Below are positions 47,594 through 55,899 of a stretch of DNA of 55,899 nt, piece after piece. The DNA comes from a virus (lineage: Duplodnaviria; Caudoviricetes). The position numbers and the translations under genes are program-made. Position 1 is the first letter of the stretch. Every line of letters begins with the position of its first letter. The stretch spans positions 1-55,899 of IMG/VR virus record IMGVR_UViG_3300023174_003189. One strand, written 5' to 3'. The notes under the pieces are model-generated. The model had not been told where the DNA came from, did no database searches, and saw nothing but the letters and a program-made list of their open reading frames with translations.

Positions 47594-49357
47594 TTACTTT
47601 TTAAAATTTTGTAAATCGACTTTGATCTGATCAAATGGAGCAGACCATTCTCCAAATACTTCTTGGCGATACAGTTTTACTGAATCATACCAAACGGTTG
47701 TATTTCCCGGAGGTGCCCACAAATAGTAAGGCAATACAGGTACTACGATCCATGTTGGTATACCCATGGCTCCACACAGATGTGCTACAGAGGTACATGA
47801 TGTGATAACCAAATCACACGATGCTGCTGCCATACGAGTTTGATCCCAATGACCTAGTGGTACATCTTTTACCCAATAAGGTTTGTATTGAGAACCCTCA
47901 TCTCGTTGCAGTGATATAAATTCTGCATCAACATCTTCTAAGGCATCAAATAGTTTTGTTGGTGGGAATATCCGATGCTGTTCATGTTCGAACTGTGGAT
48001 TACCTTGCCACCGTAGACCGATTCTCAAACCTTTATGTGGTTCTACTAATGGTTTATTTATGTATGGTTTTCCTGATATGTCCTTGTATTCGTAACCTAG
48101 AATAGGTATGGTGGACATAGATGGTACCCAATAGTCATGGACTACACCATAGACGGCATCGCTCTGACAGACGGCTACGACACCTTCTACATCACGGAAT
48201 AGTGTTGCCAACGAACCAGAACAGGCCACAATCACTTCTCCAGCAATTCGTGCAATATCCCTTGCGTAACGAACTCCGTGTATCTGGTCACCTAGTCCGC
48301 CTTCCATATTCAACAGCACGGTACCTTTTGATTTACCGTCCCACATTGGCATAGGTGACTTAGGAGGTTCATTACCAAATACACCTTCATCACGACCACG
48401 GAATAATAATTTTTCACCTTCTAAAAGTTTACCGTGTTGCATGAGATACCAACCACGATTGAAAGCGGCACGATTATTCCATGGTTCTTCTTTTTCTAAC
48501 TTCTGTGCTAGGCGCCAACCTTCTTCAAAGTTGCCCATCAGACCGGCAGCCAACTGTAAATCAAGGTCATGAATCGGTTTATTTGGATTGACTTTCTCAC
48601 CTAACCAAAATCTTGGTTGCACAAAATCATAATAACGGTGTTTCAATACTTCTTTAGAATCTTGTTTATGTTGGTAACCTAATTTTGGTTGAATGTCATG
48701 TAGACCTTTTACTTCCCAAATTTCTTCATCACGTTCTTGTAGATTGGTACCATCGATGGCATTTAAATCATATTCAAAATCAGGTAACTCTAGAAACTCA
48801 TGCACTCGTTTTAATTCTTTTTTAGGATCATTCATTAGATCATCATAATCAACAATCAAAAAACATTCTGGTGCAAATGAGAATCCTTTTTCAAATGTTT
48901 GATATGATTCTTTGAGATGTTTAATCAAATCATCTTTGAGAAGAAAGTGATCTAAATCTTTTGGTTTAGCAATACGAACAAATGAAGCCGCACAATCTTC
49001 TACATTACGAACTGTGGCAATAATTTTTGGCTTGTAACCAAACACTTTCGCCATGGTACGAATGTTTGTATCATCAGCCCAACCACGAGCCTTGTCAAGT
49101 ATGATTGGTTTATTCACATCGGCATACTGAGTTTCACAAACATTCTTTAGGATGTTTCGAATCTTATCTTCTTCTTTGGCTTGGTCGGTTTGTGCTCGAG
49201 TGTTTAGACTATCAGCCCATGCACGAAGTGTACCAACTAAAGTATCTAAAAGATTCGAAGTGGATGTGGTATGTAAACTTGGATGTTGGCTAAGAATTGC
49301 TGCCAAAACTGTTGAACCAGAACGTGGAAGTCCTGAAAGAAAATATATGTTTTTCAC
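47594..49357 (-). CDS. Sulfotransferase-TPR-GT9-like glycosyltransferase fusion
   Basis: GLPRSGSTVL (5'-PSB), TVRN...CAAS (3'-PB), EGGLGDQI, W.GNP, DLVITSCTSVAHLCGAMG. Confidence 0.85.
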   Translation of the reverse strand: MKNIYFLSGLPRSGSTVLAAILSQHPSLHTTSTSNLLDTLVGTLRAWADSLNTRAQTDQAKEEDKIRNILKNVCETQYADVNKPIILDKARGWADDTNIRTMAKVFGYKPKIIATVRNVEDCAASFVRIAKPKDLDHFLLKDDLIKHLKESYQTFEKGFSFAPECFLIVDYDDLMNDPKKELKRVHEFLELPDFEYDLNAIDGTNLQERDEEIWEVKGLHDIQPKLGYQHKQDSKEVLKHRYYDFVQPRFWLGEKVNPNKPIHDLDLQLAAGLMGNFEEGWRLAQKLEKEEPWNNRAAFNRGWYLMQHGKLLEGEKLLFRGRDEGVFGNEPPKSPMPMWDGKSKGTVLLNMEGGLGDQIHGVRYARDIARIAGEVIVACSGSLATLFRDVEGVVAVCQSDAVYGVVHDYWVPSMSTIPILGYEYKDISGKPYINKPLVEPHKGLRIGLRWQGNPQFEHEQHRIFPPTKLFDALEDVDAEFISLQRDEGSQYKPYWVKDVPLGHWDQTRMAAASCDLVITSCTSVAHLCGAMGIPTWIVVPVLPYYLWAPPGNTTVWYDSVKLYRQEVFGEWSAPFDQIKVDLQNFKK

Positions 49358-49389
49358 TGGTAAAACCTTTCAAATAATTAATTCACTAT

Positions 49390-49418
49390 ATTATATATGA
49401 TACTTGGATTAATGGCAA
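49390..49418 (-). promoter_or_regulatory. Sigma70-type promoter for the glycan/sulfation cassette
   Basis: TTGCCA-17bp-TATAAT. Confidence 0.7.
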
Positions 49419-49435
49419 TACAAAACACTACATTT

Positions 49436-51292
49436 TTAAGGTCTTGTTGTCATTGTAAGGTTACTAGCTATGCTTACTGTGTTAGCTAAATTCCATCCTG
49501 TGGTTGTTCCAACTTGAACTGGACTGGATCGAGCAACTATATCATTAAGTCCTAATTGACCATAAGTGTTTAATCCCCAAGCCCATAAAGTACCATCAGT
49601 TTTTGTGGCATGAGTCATGCGGCCTGATACATTTATTGAATTCCAATTCGTATTTGTTCCTACTTGTTTTGGACTTTGCAATACAAGAGCTCCAGGTCTC
49701 GCATCGTTATGGCCAAATTGACCTTGATAATTATTAGTTCCAAACATCCATAAAGTACCATCGGTTTTTATAGTGGCTATAGTTTCTCCGGTGTAGTTAG
49801 CAACTCTAACTAATGACCAATTTGAATTTGTTCCTATTTGCATTGGACTAGATCGAGAAACACCAGATGCACCTGAAAGAGTAGCTCCCCAACCCCAAAA
49901 AGTACCATTGGTTTTTATTCCATAAAAATTATTTTGAGAACCGTTAACATTTGACCAATTTACATCCGCTCCTACTTGAACTGGACTAGAACGTTCAACT
50001 ATGTTATTAAGCGCTAATTGGCCAGAATTATTTCTTCCCCAACCCCATAAAGTACCGTCAGTTTTAATAGCCATTACATGACTATCGGTTGCACCATCTC
50101 CTCCAACACTTACTTCTACCGATCTCCAATTTGTTCCAGTTCCTATTTGTGTTGGACTAGATCGAAAAATGGTATTGTTTTGTCCTAAATGGCCTCTTGT
50201 ATTACTTCCCCAAGACCATAATGTGCCATCAGATTTTGTTGCAAAACAAGCACCACCAGTGCCGCCACTTGCTGGAATAATTCTTACACTAGACCAATTT
50301 GTATCCGATCCTATTTGTATTGGACTAGATGCATAAGTGGTGTGTCCTCTATTAAGACCACAAATTCCGTTGTGACAGTAACCCCATGTCCATAAGGTAC
50401 CATCCGTTTTAGTAGCCATACCAAAATATCCTACAGTAGTTACCATTCTCCAATTTCCAGCACCACCACCAACTTGAACAGGACTGGATCTGTCAATTTT
50501 TGTACCATCAAGCAATTCTCCAAAGTTTGATTGGCGGCCCCAACCAAAGAAATTTGGAGGTGTAACGGTAATAGTTATGCTAAAAGTTCGTGTCGCATCT
50601 TGATTTTCAACGTCAGTCGCTTTGACATCGAATGTGTAAGTTGTTTGTGTACCAATCGATACAGTACCAGAAAATAATCCATTGGCTGCTAATGTGGTAC
50701 CTGCAGGTAATGCTGTGGTGTTTGCATATGTTATATTAGAATCAGATGATGCACTCAGGTTAACAGAAAATGCTGTGTTAGAGTTTTGATTGCTCAATGT
50801 TGCACCGGTACTCCATGCTGGGAATGAACTTGTTGTTAATCCATTAATACGAATGGCTGTACCACCATTACTATTTACCACATACACAGGATACGAAGCC
50901 GCTGTGAGTGCTGGTATCTGTGCACGCAGTGTTGTTGAATTTACAAAAGATACTGCTGGTGCTGATGTGGTACCAAACACCACCGTTGGTGTTGAAACAA
51001 ATCCTGAACCAGTAATAATACAGTAACCACCGGTTGTATTGGCTGCTGTATCATCTAAAGCATTGTAAGAAGAGTCAGCAATCGTAATTGAAGTGATAAT
51101 TGGAGTTGATGTGTTTGCTAAAATTGCAGAGAGTGTATTTGCGGTACTAAAAGCAGCCGCAGCCACCGTAGAGGCAATTGTTGCAACTACGTTTGCATTG
51201 TTTGCAGTCGCCAAACCACTTGCAACAGACGCATCAAGTTTGTCTGAAGTAATTGCACCGGTGAAGATATTATTTGCTGTTATTTTTGCCAT
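49436..51292 (-). CDS. IPT/Ig + RCC1-like beta-propeller fibre/adhesin 1
   Basis: Repeated KTDGTLWxWG...GQLG...RSSPxQVG; TAAATA at 51300-51305. Confidence 0.85.
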   Translation of the reverse strand: MAKITANNIFTGAITSDKLDASVASGLATANNANVVATIASTVAAAAFSTANTLSAILANTSTPIITSITIADSSYNALDDTAANTTGGYCIITGSGFVSTPTVVFGTTSAPAVSFVNSTTLRAQIPALTAASYPVYVVNSNGGTAIRINGLTTSSFPAWSTGATLSNQNSNTAFSVNLSASSDSNITYANTTALPAGTTLAANGLFSGTVSIGTQTTYTFDVKATDVENQDATRTFSITITVTPPNFFGWGRQSNFGELLDGTKIDRSSPVQVGGGAGNWRMVTTVGYFGMATKTDGTLWTWGYCHNGICGLNRGHTTYASSPIQIGSDTNWSSVRIIPASGGTGGACFATKSDGTLWSWGSNTRGHLGQNNTIFRSSPTQIGTGTNWRSVEVSVGGDGATDSHVMAIKTDGTLWGWGRNNSGQLALNNIVERSSPVQVGADVNWSNVNGSQNNFYGIKTNGTFWGWGATLSGASGVSRSSPMQIGTNSNWSLVRVANYTGETIATIKTDGTLWMFGTNNYQGQFGHNDARPGALVLQSPKQVGTNTNWNSINVSGRMTHATKTDGTLWAWGLNTYGQLGLNDIVARSSPVQVGTTTGWNLANTVSIASNLTMTTRP

Positions 51293-54200
51293 GGTAATTT
51301 ATTTATGATGTGTTAATTTCGTGTAGTTACAAAAGTGGTATTATAGGAAGCATCTGCAGCATCACCCGCAATGTCATACCAATTTGTCCCTGCTCCTATT
51401 TGAACTGGACTTGATCGGCTAACTCTATTACCAATTCCTAATTGTCCATCACTATTATCTCCCCATGTCCACAAAGTGCCATCAGTTTTAAGAGCAATCG
51501 TATGTTTCCAACCGAATGCTACTTTAGACCAATTAGTGTTAGATCCTACCATGCCAGGACTAGAAATTGTGCTTCTACCAGGTCCACCTAGTTGACCTTC
51601 AGTTCCCCGACCCCATGTCCATAAAGTGCCATCAGTTTTAATAGCCGCAACAACACCATTAGTTGCTGAACTAGTGAATATTTTACTCCAATTTGTTGCC
51701 GTGCCTACTTGTGTTGGACTGGATCTATTAATTTGGTCATTAAGGCCTAATCCACCAGATCCATATGGATCTTGTCCAGCTCCACAACTCCATAAAGTAC
51801 CATCAATTTTAATACCAACAAATAAATTTGTTCCATTACTAACATCACTCCATTCCGCTGTTCCTACTTGAACTGGACTGGATCGATAAACCGTATCGTT
51901 GAGTCCTAATTGACCATAATCATTTTGTCCACATACCCACAATGTGCCATCAGTTTTGAGAGCAGTAAATGCATTATTTTTAACTATTTTTTTCCAATTT
52001 GTTCCTGTTCCTACTTGTGTTGGACTAGAACGAGCAATTCTATTATTAAGTCCTAATCCACCAGTAGAATTACTTCCCCAAACCCATAGGGTACCATCAT
52101 TTTTAATTGCTCCTCCAGAAGTTACTCTATCTTGAAAATTGGATGATATACTCCATTCTGTTCCTGTTCCTATTTGCACTGGACTGGATCTATCGATTCT
52201 ATTATTAATTCCCAATTGTCCGGAATTATTATTCCCCCATGTCCATAATGTGCCATCATATTTTTGAGCAACTTTTGGTCCATCACCTCTAACATTCATC
52301 CAATCGGCATTTGATCCTAATTGCACTGGACTAGACCTATTGCCAGTATTAAACAGTTTATTTGTACCAGAATCACTACCCCATCCCCATAACTTAAAGT
52401 TTGGTGCAACATTTATACTAAATGCTCTGGATGTATTTTGCAATTCAACGTCTGTTGCAACCGCAGTGAAATTATAAGTTGTATCATTCTCTACAAATGG
52501 TATTATACCAGAGAACAATCCATTAGCTGCTAATGTGGTACCAGCGGGTAGTGCTGTAGTATTAGAATATGTTATATTAGAATCGGATGTACCACTTAAC
52601 GATACACTAAAAACATTACCTGAAGGAGTATTTGCTAAATTTGTGCCAGTAACCCACACAGGAAATGGACTAGTAGTTAAACCATTAATTTTAATTGCTG
52701 TGCCACCATTACTATTCACCACATACACAGGATAACTTCCTGATGAGATTGCAGGTATTTCAGCACGTAATGTAAAAGGATCAACATATGCGGTTGAAAG
52801 TGCTGTGTTGCCTGAACCTACCATAACAATGGCACCAGGTTGAAAATTGGTACCTTTGATTACTAGATATCCACCGCTTGTATTGGCTGCCGTGTCATCA
52901 AGAATAGTGTAAGAAGAATCTGCAATTGAAACTGTGTTGATTTGTGGTTGAATATTTGCAACTTGTTGTACCTGTAGAGTAACAAAAGTGTTGACGGCTT
53001 GTGCAGAAACGTTTGCTGAGATTGCAACAGCCTCAGCGACTGCAGCATTGTTTAATGTGTTTGCTGTATTCGTATCAAATACAAATGATTTGATAGAATT
53101 ATTGGCAATATTGATCGCACGGACATATTGAGTCATTTGAAATTAATTTGAGGTAATAGCTATTGTGTGTGATTGTCCAGCAAAAATTTTACTCCAATTT
53201 GTTCCTGTTCCTACTTGAACTGGACTACTTCTAAAAGGTGTTGAATTTAATCCTAGTCTTCCATCACCACCATCTCCCCATGCCCATAAAGTACCATCAG
53301 TTTTAATAGCTAAAGCGTGACTTTGGCCAACAGATATTTGACTCCAATTTGTGTTTGTTCCTACTTGTGTTGGACTGGATCTATAAGTTCTGTCATTGAG
53401 GCCCAATTGGCCACTACTATTCTGTCCCCATCCCCATAAGGTGCCATCTGTTTTGATAGCCATACTACAGCTCTGAGCTGCAGACACTTTACTCCAGGTT
53501 GTTCCTGAACCTACTTGATTTGGATTCGAAACGCTGACTTGATTATTACGTCCTAATTGGCCGCTGCTATTTTCACCCCAGGCCCACAGAGTACCATCGG
53601 TTTTAGTAGCTAAACAATGTGCACCACCAAGAGCTATTTGATCCCAATTTGATCCACTTACTTGTTGTGGAGTTGTTTGTGTGGTTATATTAAAGTTTCC
53701 TATTTGACCAGAACCATTAGCACCCCATGCCCACAGAGTACCATCAGTTTTGGTGGCTAAACCATTTTTTTCAGAAGCCTCTATTAAATTCCATGTAGTG
53801 CCTGAACCAACTTGAACAGGACTCGATTTATAATTACCACTACCAACACCATCACCTAATCGTCCATCATTGGCAACTCCCCAAGACCATAAAGTGCCAT
53901 CGGTTTTTGTGGCTAAAGAATGAAAAGGTCCTACTGCTACTCTGTTCCAATTTGTTGAAGATCCCACTTGAACAGGACTAGACCTATTAATTTGGCTGTT
54001 AGTTCCTAATCTTCCATATTGGCCAGCACCCCAGGCCCAAAGTGTGCCATCTGTTTTTGTTGCTAGGGTATGTGTACCGTCAAAATAATGATCAGCACCT
54101 GCTATATTATTCCAAGTCGTTTCTGTTCCTACTTGAACTGGACTAGAATAATATATTTGATTATTTTGACCTGATTTTCCATAGTTGTTATTACCCCACA
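49480..54200. repeat. Dispersed ~150-bp RCC1-blade DNA repeats within and between the three genes
   Basis: Recurrent ccataaagtaccatcagtttt and ttcctacttgaactggact words. Confidence 0.75.
51313..53136 (-). CDS. IPT/Ig + RCC1-like beta-propeller fibre/adhesin 2
   Basis: Same architecture and repeats. Confidence 0.85.
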   Translation of the reverse strand: MTQYVRAINIANNSIKSFVFDTNTANTLNNAAVAEAVAISANVSAQAVNTFVTLQVQQVANIQPQINTVSIADSSYTILDDTAANTSGGYLVIKGTNFQPGAIVMVGSGNTALSTAYVDPFTLRAEIPAISSGSYPVYVVNSNGGTAIKINGLTTSPFPVWVTGTNLANTPSGNVFSVSLSGTSDSNITYSNTTALPAGTTLAANGLFSGIIPFVENDTTYNFTAVATDVELQNTSRAFSINVAPNFKLWGWGSDSGTNKLFNTGNRSSPVQLGSNADWMNVRGDGPKVAQKYDGTLWTWGNNNSGQLGINNRIDRSSPVQIGTGTEWSISSNFQDRVTSGGAIKNDGTLWVWGSNSTGGLGLNNRIARSSPTQVGTGTNWKKIVKNNAFTALKTDGTLWVCGQNDYGQLGLNDTVYRSSPVQVGTAEWSDVSNGTNLFVGIKIDGTLWSCGAGQDPYGSGGLGLNDQINRSSPTQVGTATNWSKIFTSSATNGVVAAIKTDGTLWTWGRGTEGQLGGPGRSTISSPGMVGSNTNWSKVAFGWKHTIALKTDGTLWTWGDNSDGQLGIGNRVSRSSPVQIGAGTNWYDIAGDAADASYNTTFVTTRN

Positions 54201-54867
54201 TCCACAATCTTGTTTGTGGTATTACCGTTACTGTCAAACTAAATGTTCTCGAAGTATCTTGATTTTCAGTATCAGTAGCTTTTACGTCAAATGAATATGT
54301 TGTCTGAGCACCAATCGTAACCGTACCGGAAAATAATCCATTGGCCGCCAACGTAGTACCTGCAGGTAGTGCTGTGGTGTTTGCATAAGTTACCGATGAA
54401 TCCGATGTTGCACTTAAATTGACCGCAAATGATGTATTGGCTGCTTGATTACTTAATGTTGATCCTGTTGACCATGCTGGGAATGAACTGTATGTTAATC
54501 CATTTACTTTAATTGCTGTTGCACCAGTTACACTATCGACCACATATAAAGGATATGTTGCAGCAGCCAAACCAGGAACTTGAGCTTGTAATTGTTTTGT
54601 GTTTGCAAATGTGGTGCTAGTAGCATTGGTTGTACCAACAATCACAACGCATTGATTTGTAAAACCTGTTCCGTTAATTACCAAATAACCACCACCCGTA
54701 TTGGCTGCTGTATCATCTATAACATTATAAGACGAATCAGCAATTTGCACACTACTGATGGCCAGAGAAACAATGTTTGCAACGGCTGCATTGGCTGCTT
54801 CGGCTGCCGCCAGCTTTGTATTAATTGTATTATCTAAATTTGATGATGTTACTTGTGTAAACGGCAT
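53143..54867 (-). CDS. IPT/Ig + RCC1-like beta-propeller fibre/adhesin 3
   Basis: Same architecture and repeats. Confidence 0.85.
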   Translation of the reverse strand: MPFTQVTSSNLDNTINTKLAAAEAANAAVANIVSLAISSVQIADSSYNVIDDTAANTGGGYLVINGTGFTNQCVVIVGTTNATSTTFANTKQLQAQVPGLAAATYPLYVVDSVTGATAIKVNGLTYSSFPAWSTGSTLSNQAANTSFAVNLSATSDSSVTYANTTALPAGTTLAANGLFSGTVTIGAQTTYSFDVKATDTENQDTSRTFSLTVTVIPQTRLWMWGNNNYGKSGQNNQIYYSSPVQVGTETTWNNIAGADHYFDGTHTLATKTDGTLWAWGAGQYGRLGTNSQINRSSPVQVGSSTNWNRVAVGPFHSLATKTDGTLWSWGVANDGRLGDGVGSGNYKSSPVQVGSGTTWNLIEASEKNGLATKTDGTLWAWGANGSGQIGNFNITTQTTPQQVSGSNWDQIALGGAHCLATKTDGTLWAWGENSSGQLGRNNQVSVSNPNQVGSGTTWSKVSAAQSCSMAIKTDGTLWGWGQNSSGQLGLNDRTYRSSPTQVGTNTNWSQISVGQSHALAIKTDGTLWAWGDGGDGRLGLNSTPFRSSPVQVGTGTNWSKIFAGQSHTIAITSN

Positions 54868-54876
54868 TTTTTATCC

Positions 54877-55899
54877 TTAGATTGACATCTCTCTAATTTG
54901 AATGACCACATTGGCTACTGGTGCAGTTACAAACGTTAATGTTGATCCACTTACTGTGTAATCTAATACAGGCACTTGACAAATACCGTTCTCATACACA
55001 AACATTGAGTTGGCGGTTTGACCTGATGTTACAGTATATTGTGTTTGAACACCATTTGCTGTATATCTCCGCATTACAGGTTGTGTTAACGGCACCAACT
55101 TATTAATTGGTAACTCACGAATCTGTATTGTTTCATCTGATTGTGGTGTTTCTACGTATGTGAGTGTTGTACCACTTACTGTATAATCGGTAACAGGGAA
55201 TTGAGCAACACCGTTATTGAACACAAGCAATGTGTTTGCTGTATGACCAGAAGAAATTGTAAATGTGTTGGTTGTTCCGTTACCTTGATAGATTCGTGTT
55301 GAGTAAGCAGAAGGACTTACATTCATAATACTACCAGCAACTGTAACAACTTCTATATCATCGTTTGCTGTACCTGTTGCAGTAAGAACTACGTTTGCAC
55401 CAACAACAGAGTATGTATTTCTTTCTTGATAAACACCATTTAAAAATAAAAATGTGCTGTTGGCTGAATCAGGTGTAACCGATAATGTGAACTGTGTTTG
55501 GCTACCAATACTTGTAAATAAATCTTTAGTAGCAGTGAATGATGTTGGATTTGCTGAACCTGAACCAGCTGGTTTTGAATTTGCCGTATTGGCTAAAGTG
55601 AGTGCAGAATTTGCTTGATTGAAAGCTGCCTGAGCAAAAGTAATAATTTCAATACCACCATCATAAATTGCATCTGCGTATATATTTCCAGTAATGCCAA
55701 GACCACCAGAAATTGTCAAAGCTCCTGTTGTGTTTGAAATTGAAGCAGCAGTGTTTGCAATTCTATATTGTGTAGAAGGATTTGATGTTACTAATGATCC
55801 TGTGTTTGCAAGAGAATTATTTGCTTGATTGAAAGCAGCTTGTGCTTTAGTATCTGCTGCAGTAATATTTGTATTCTGAGTTAGGTCAACACCTTCAGC
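54877..55899 (-). CDS. Tail fibre / virion structural protein, C-terminal part (start lies beyond the window)
   Basis: Frame open to the window end; three repeats of G..T.FT...VF.NGV.Q...DYTVSG.TLT; AQAAFNQAN coils. Confidence 0.8.
   Translation of the reverse strand, partial: AEGVDLTQNTNITAADTKAQAAFNQANNSLANTGSLVTSNPSTQYRIANTAASISNTTGALTISGGLGITGNIYADAIYDGGIEIITFAQAAFNQANSALTLANTANSKPAGSGSANPTSFTATKDLFTSIGSQTQFTLSVTPDSANSTFLFLNGVYQERNTYSVVGANVVLTATGTANDDIEVVTVAGSIMNVSPSAYSTRIYQGNGTTNTFTISSGHTANTLLVFNNGVAQFPVTDYTVSGTTLTYVETPQSDETIQIRELPINKLVPLTQPVMRRYTANGVQTQYTVTSGQTANSMFVYENGICQVPVLDYTVSGSTLTFVTAPVANVVIQIREMSI

Noticed and set aside
49480-54200. CRISPR-like array from recurring 20-nt words
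   Set aside because: The repeats are degenerate, in frame and encode RCC1 blades
49436-54867. Diversity-generating retroelement acting on the fibre repeats
   Set aside because: No reverse transcriptase in the window and no non-coding template repeat; differences between repeats do not look adenine-specific
1-55899. Stop-codon reassignment
   Set aside because: Core genes are intact in the standard code, all three stops are used, and no suppressor tRNA was seen

Overview
A 56-kb segment of a large, AT-rich T4-like myovirus genome, almost all on the minus strand. The host is probably an aquatic proteobacterium, inferred from proteobacterial-type IscU, ErpA and desaturase genes. The left half holds replication and recombination genes (gp41 start, gp40, uvsX, gp43, regA, gp62/44/45, gp46/47, gp55, uvsW, uvsY). 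These are interleaved with auxiliary genes: an LpxH-like phosphoesterase, fatty-acid desaturase, IscU/ErpA, DnaJ, Hsp20, dCMP deaminase, peptide deformylase, a DruA/DUF4338-like protein, a DUF5664 diphosphohydrolase and glycosyltransferases. Four normal tRNAs and one highly atypical tRNA-Gly-like RNA lie among them. The middle is the canonical head/tail block gp3-gp23-22-21-68-67-20-19-18-17-16-15-14-13. The right end has a glycan and sulfation cassette: an APS-kinase/HxGH nucleotidyltransferase fusion, UDP-galactopyranose mutase, GT2, a methyltransferase, GT25 and a sulfotransferase-TPR-GT9 fusion. This cassette sits between a truncated and three intact Ig/IPT-RCC1 fibre genes. The best candidates for new biology are (1) a self-contained PAPS-supply plus sulfated-glycan system next to the fibre genes, (2) a 70-nt tRNA-Gly(UCC)-like RNA with a GUGC T-loop, and (3) a DruA-like/GT/dNTPase cluster in the replication operon. 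All calls come from reading the sequence and recognising motifs; no searches were run.
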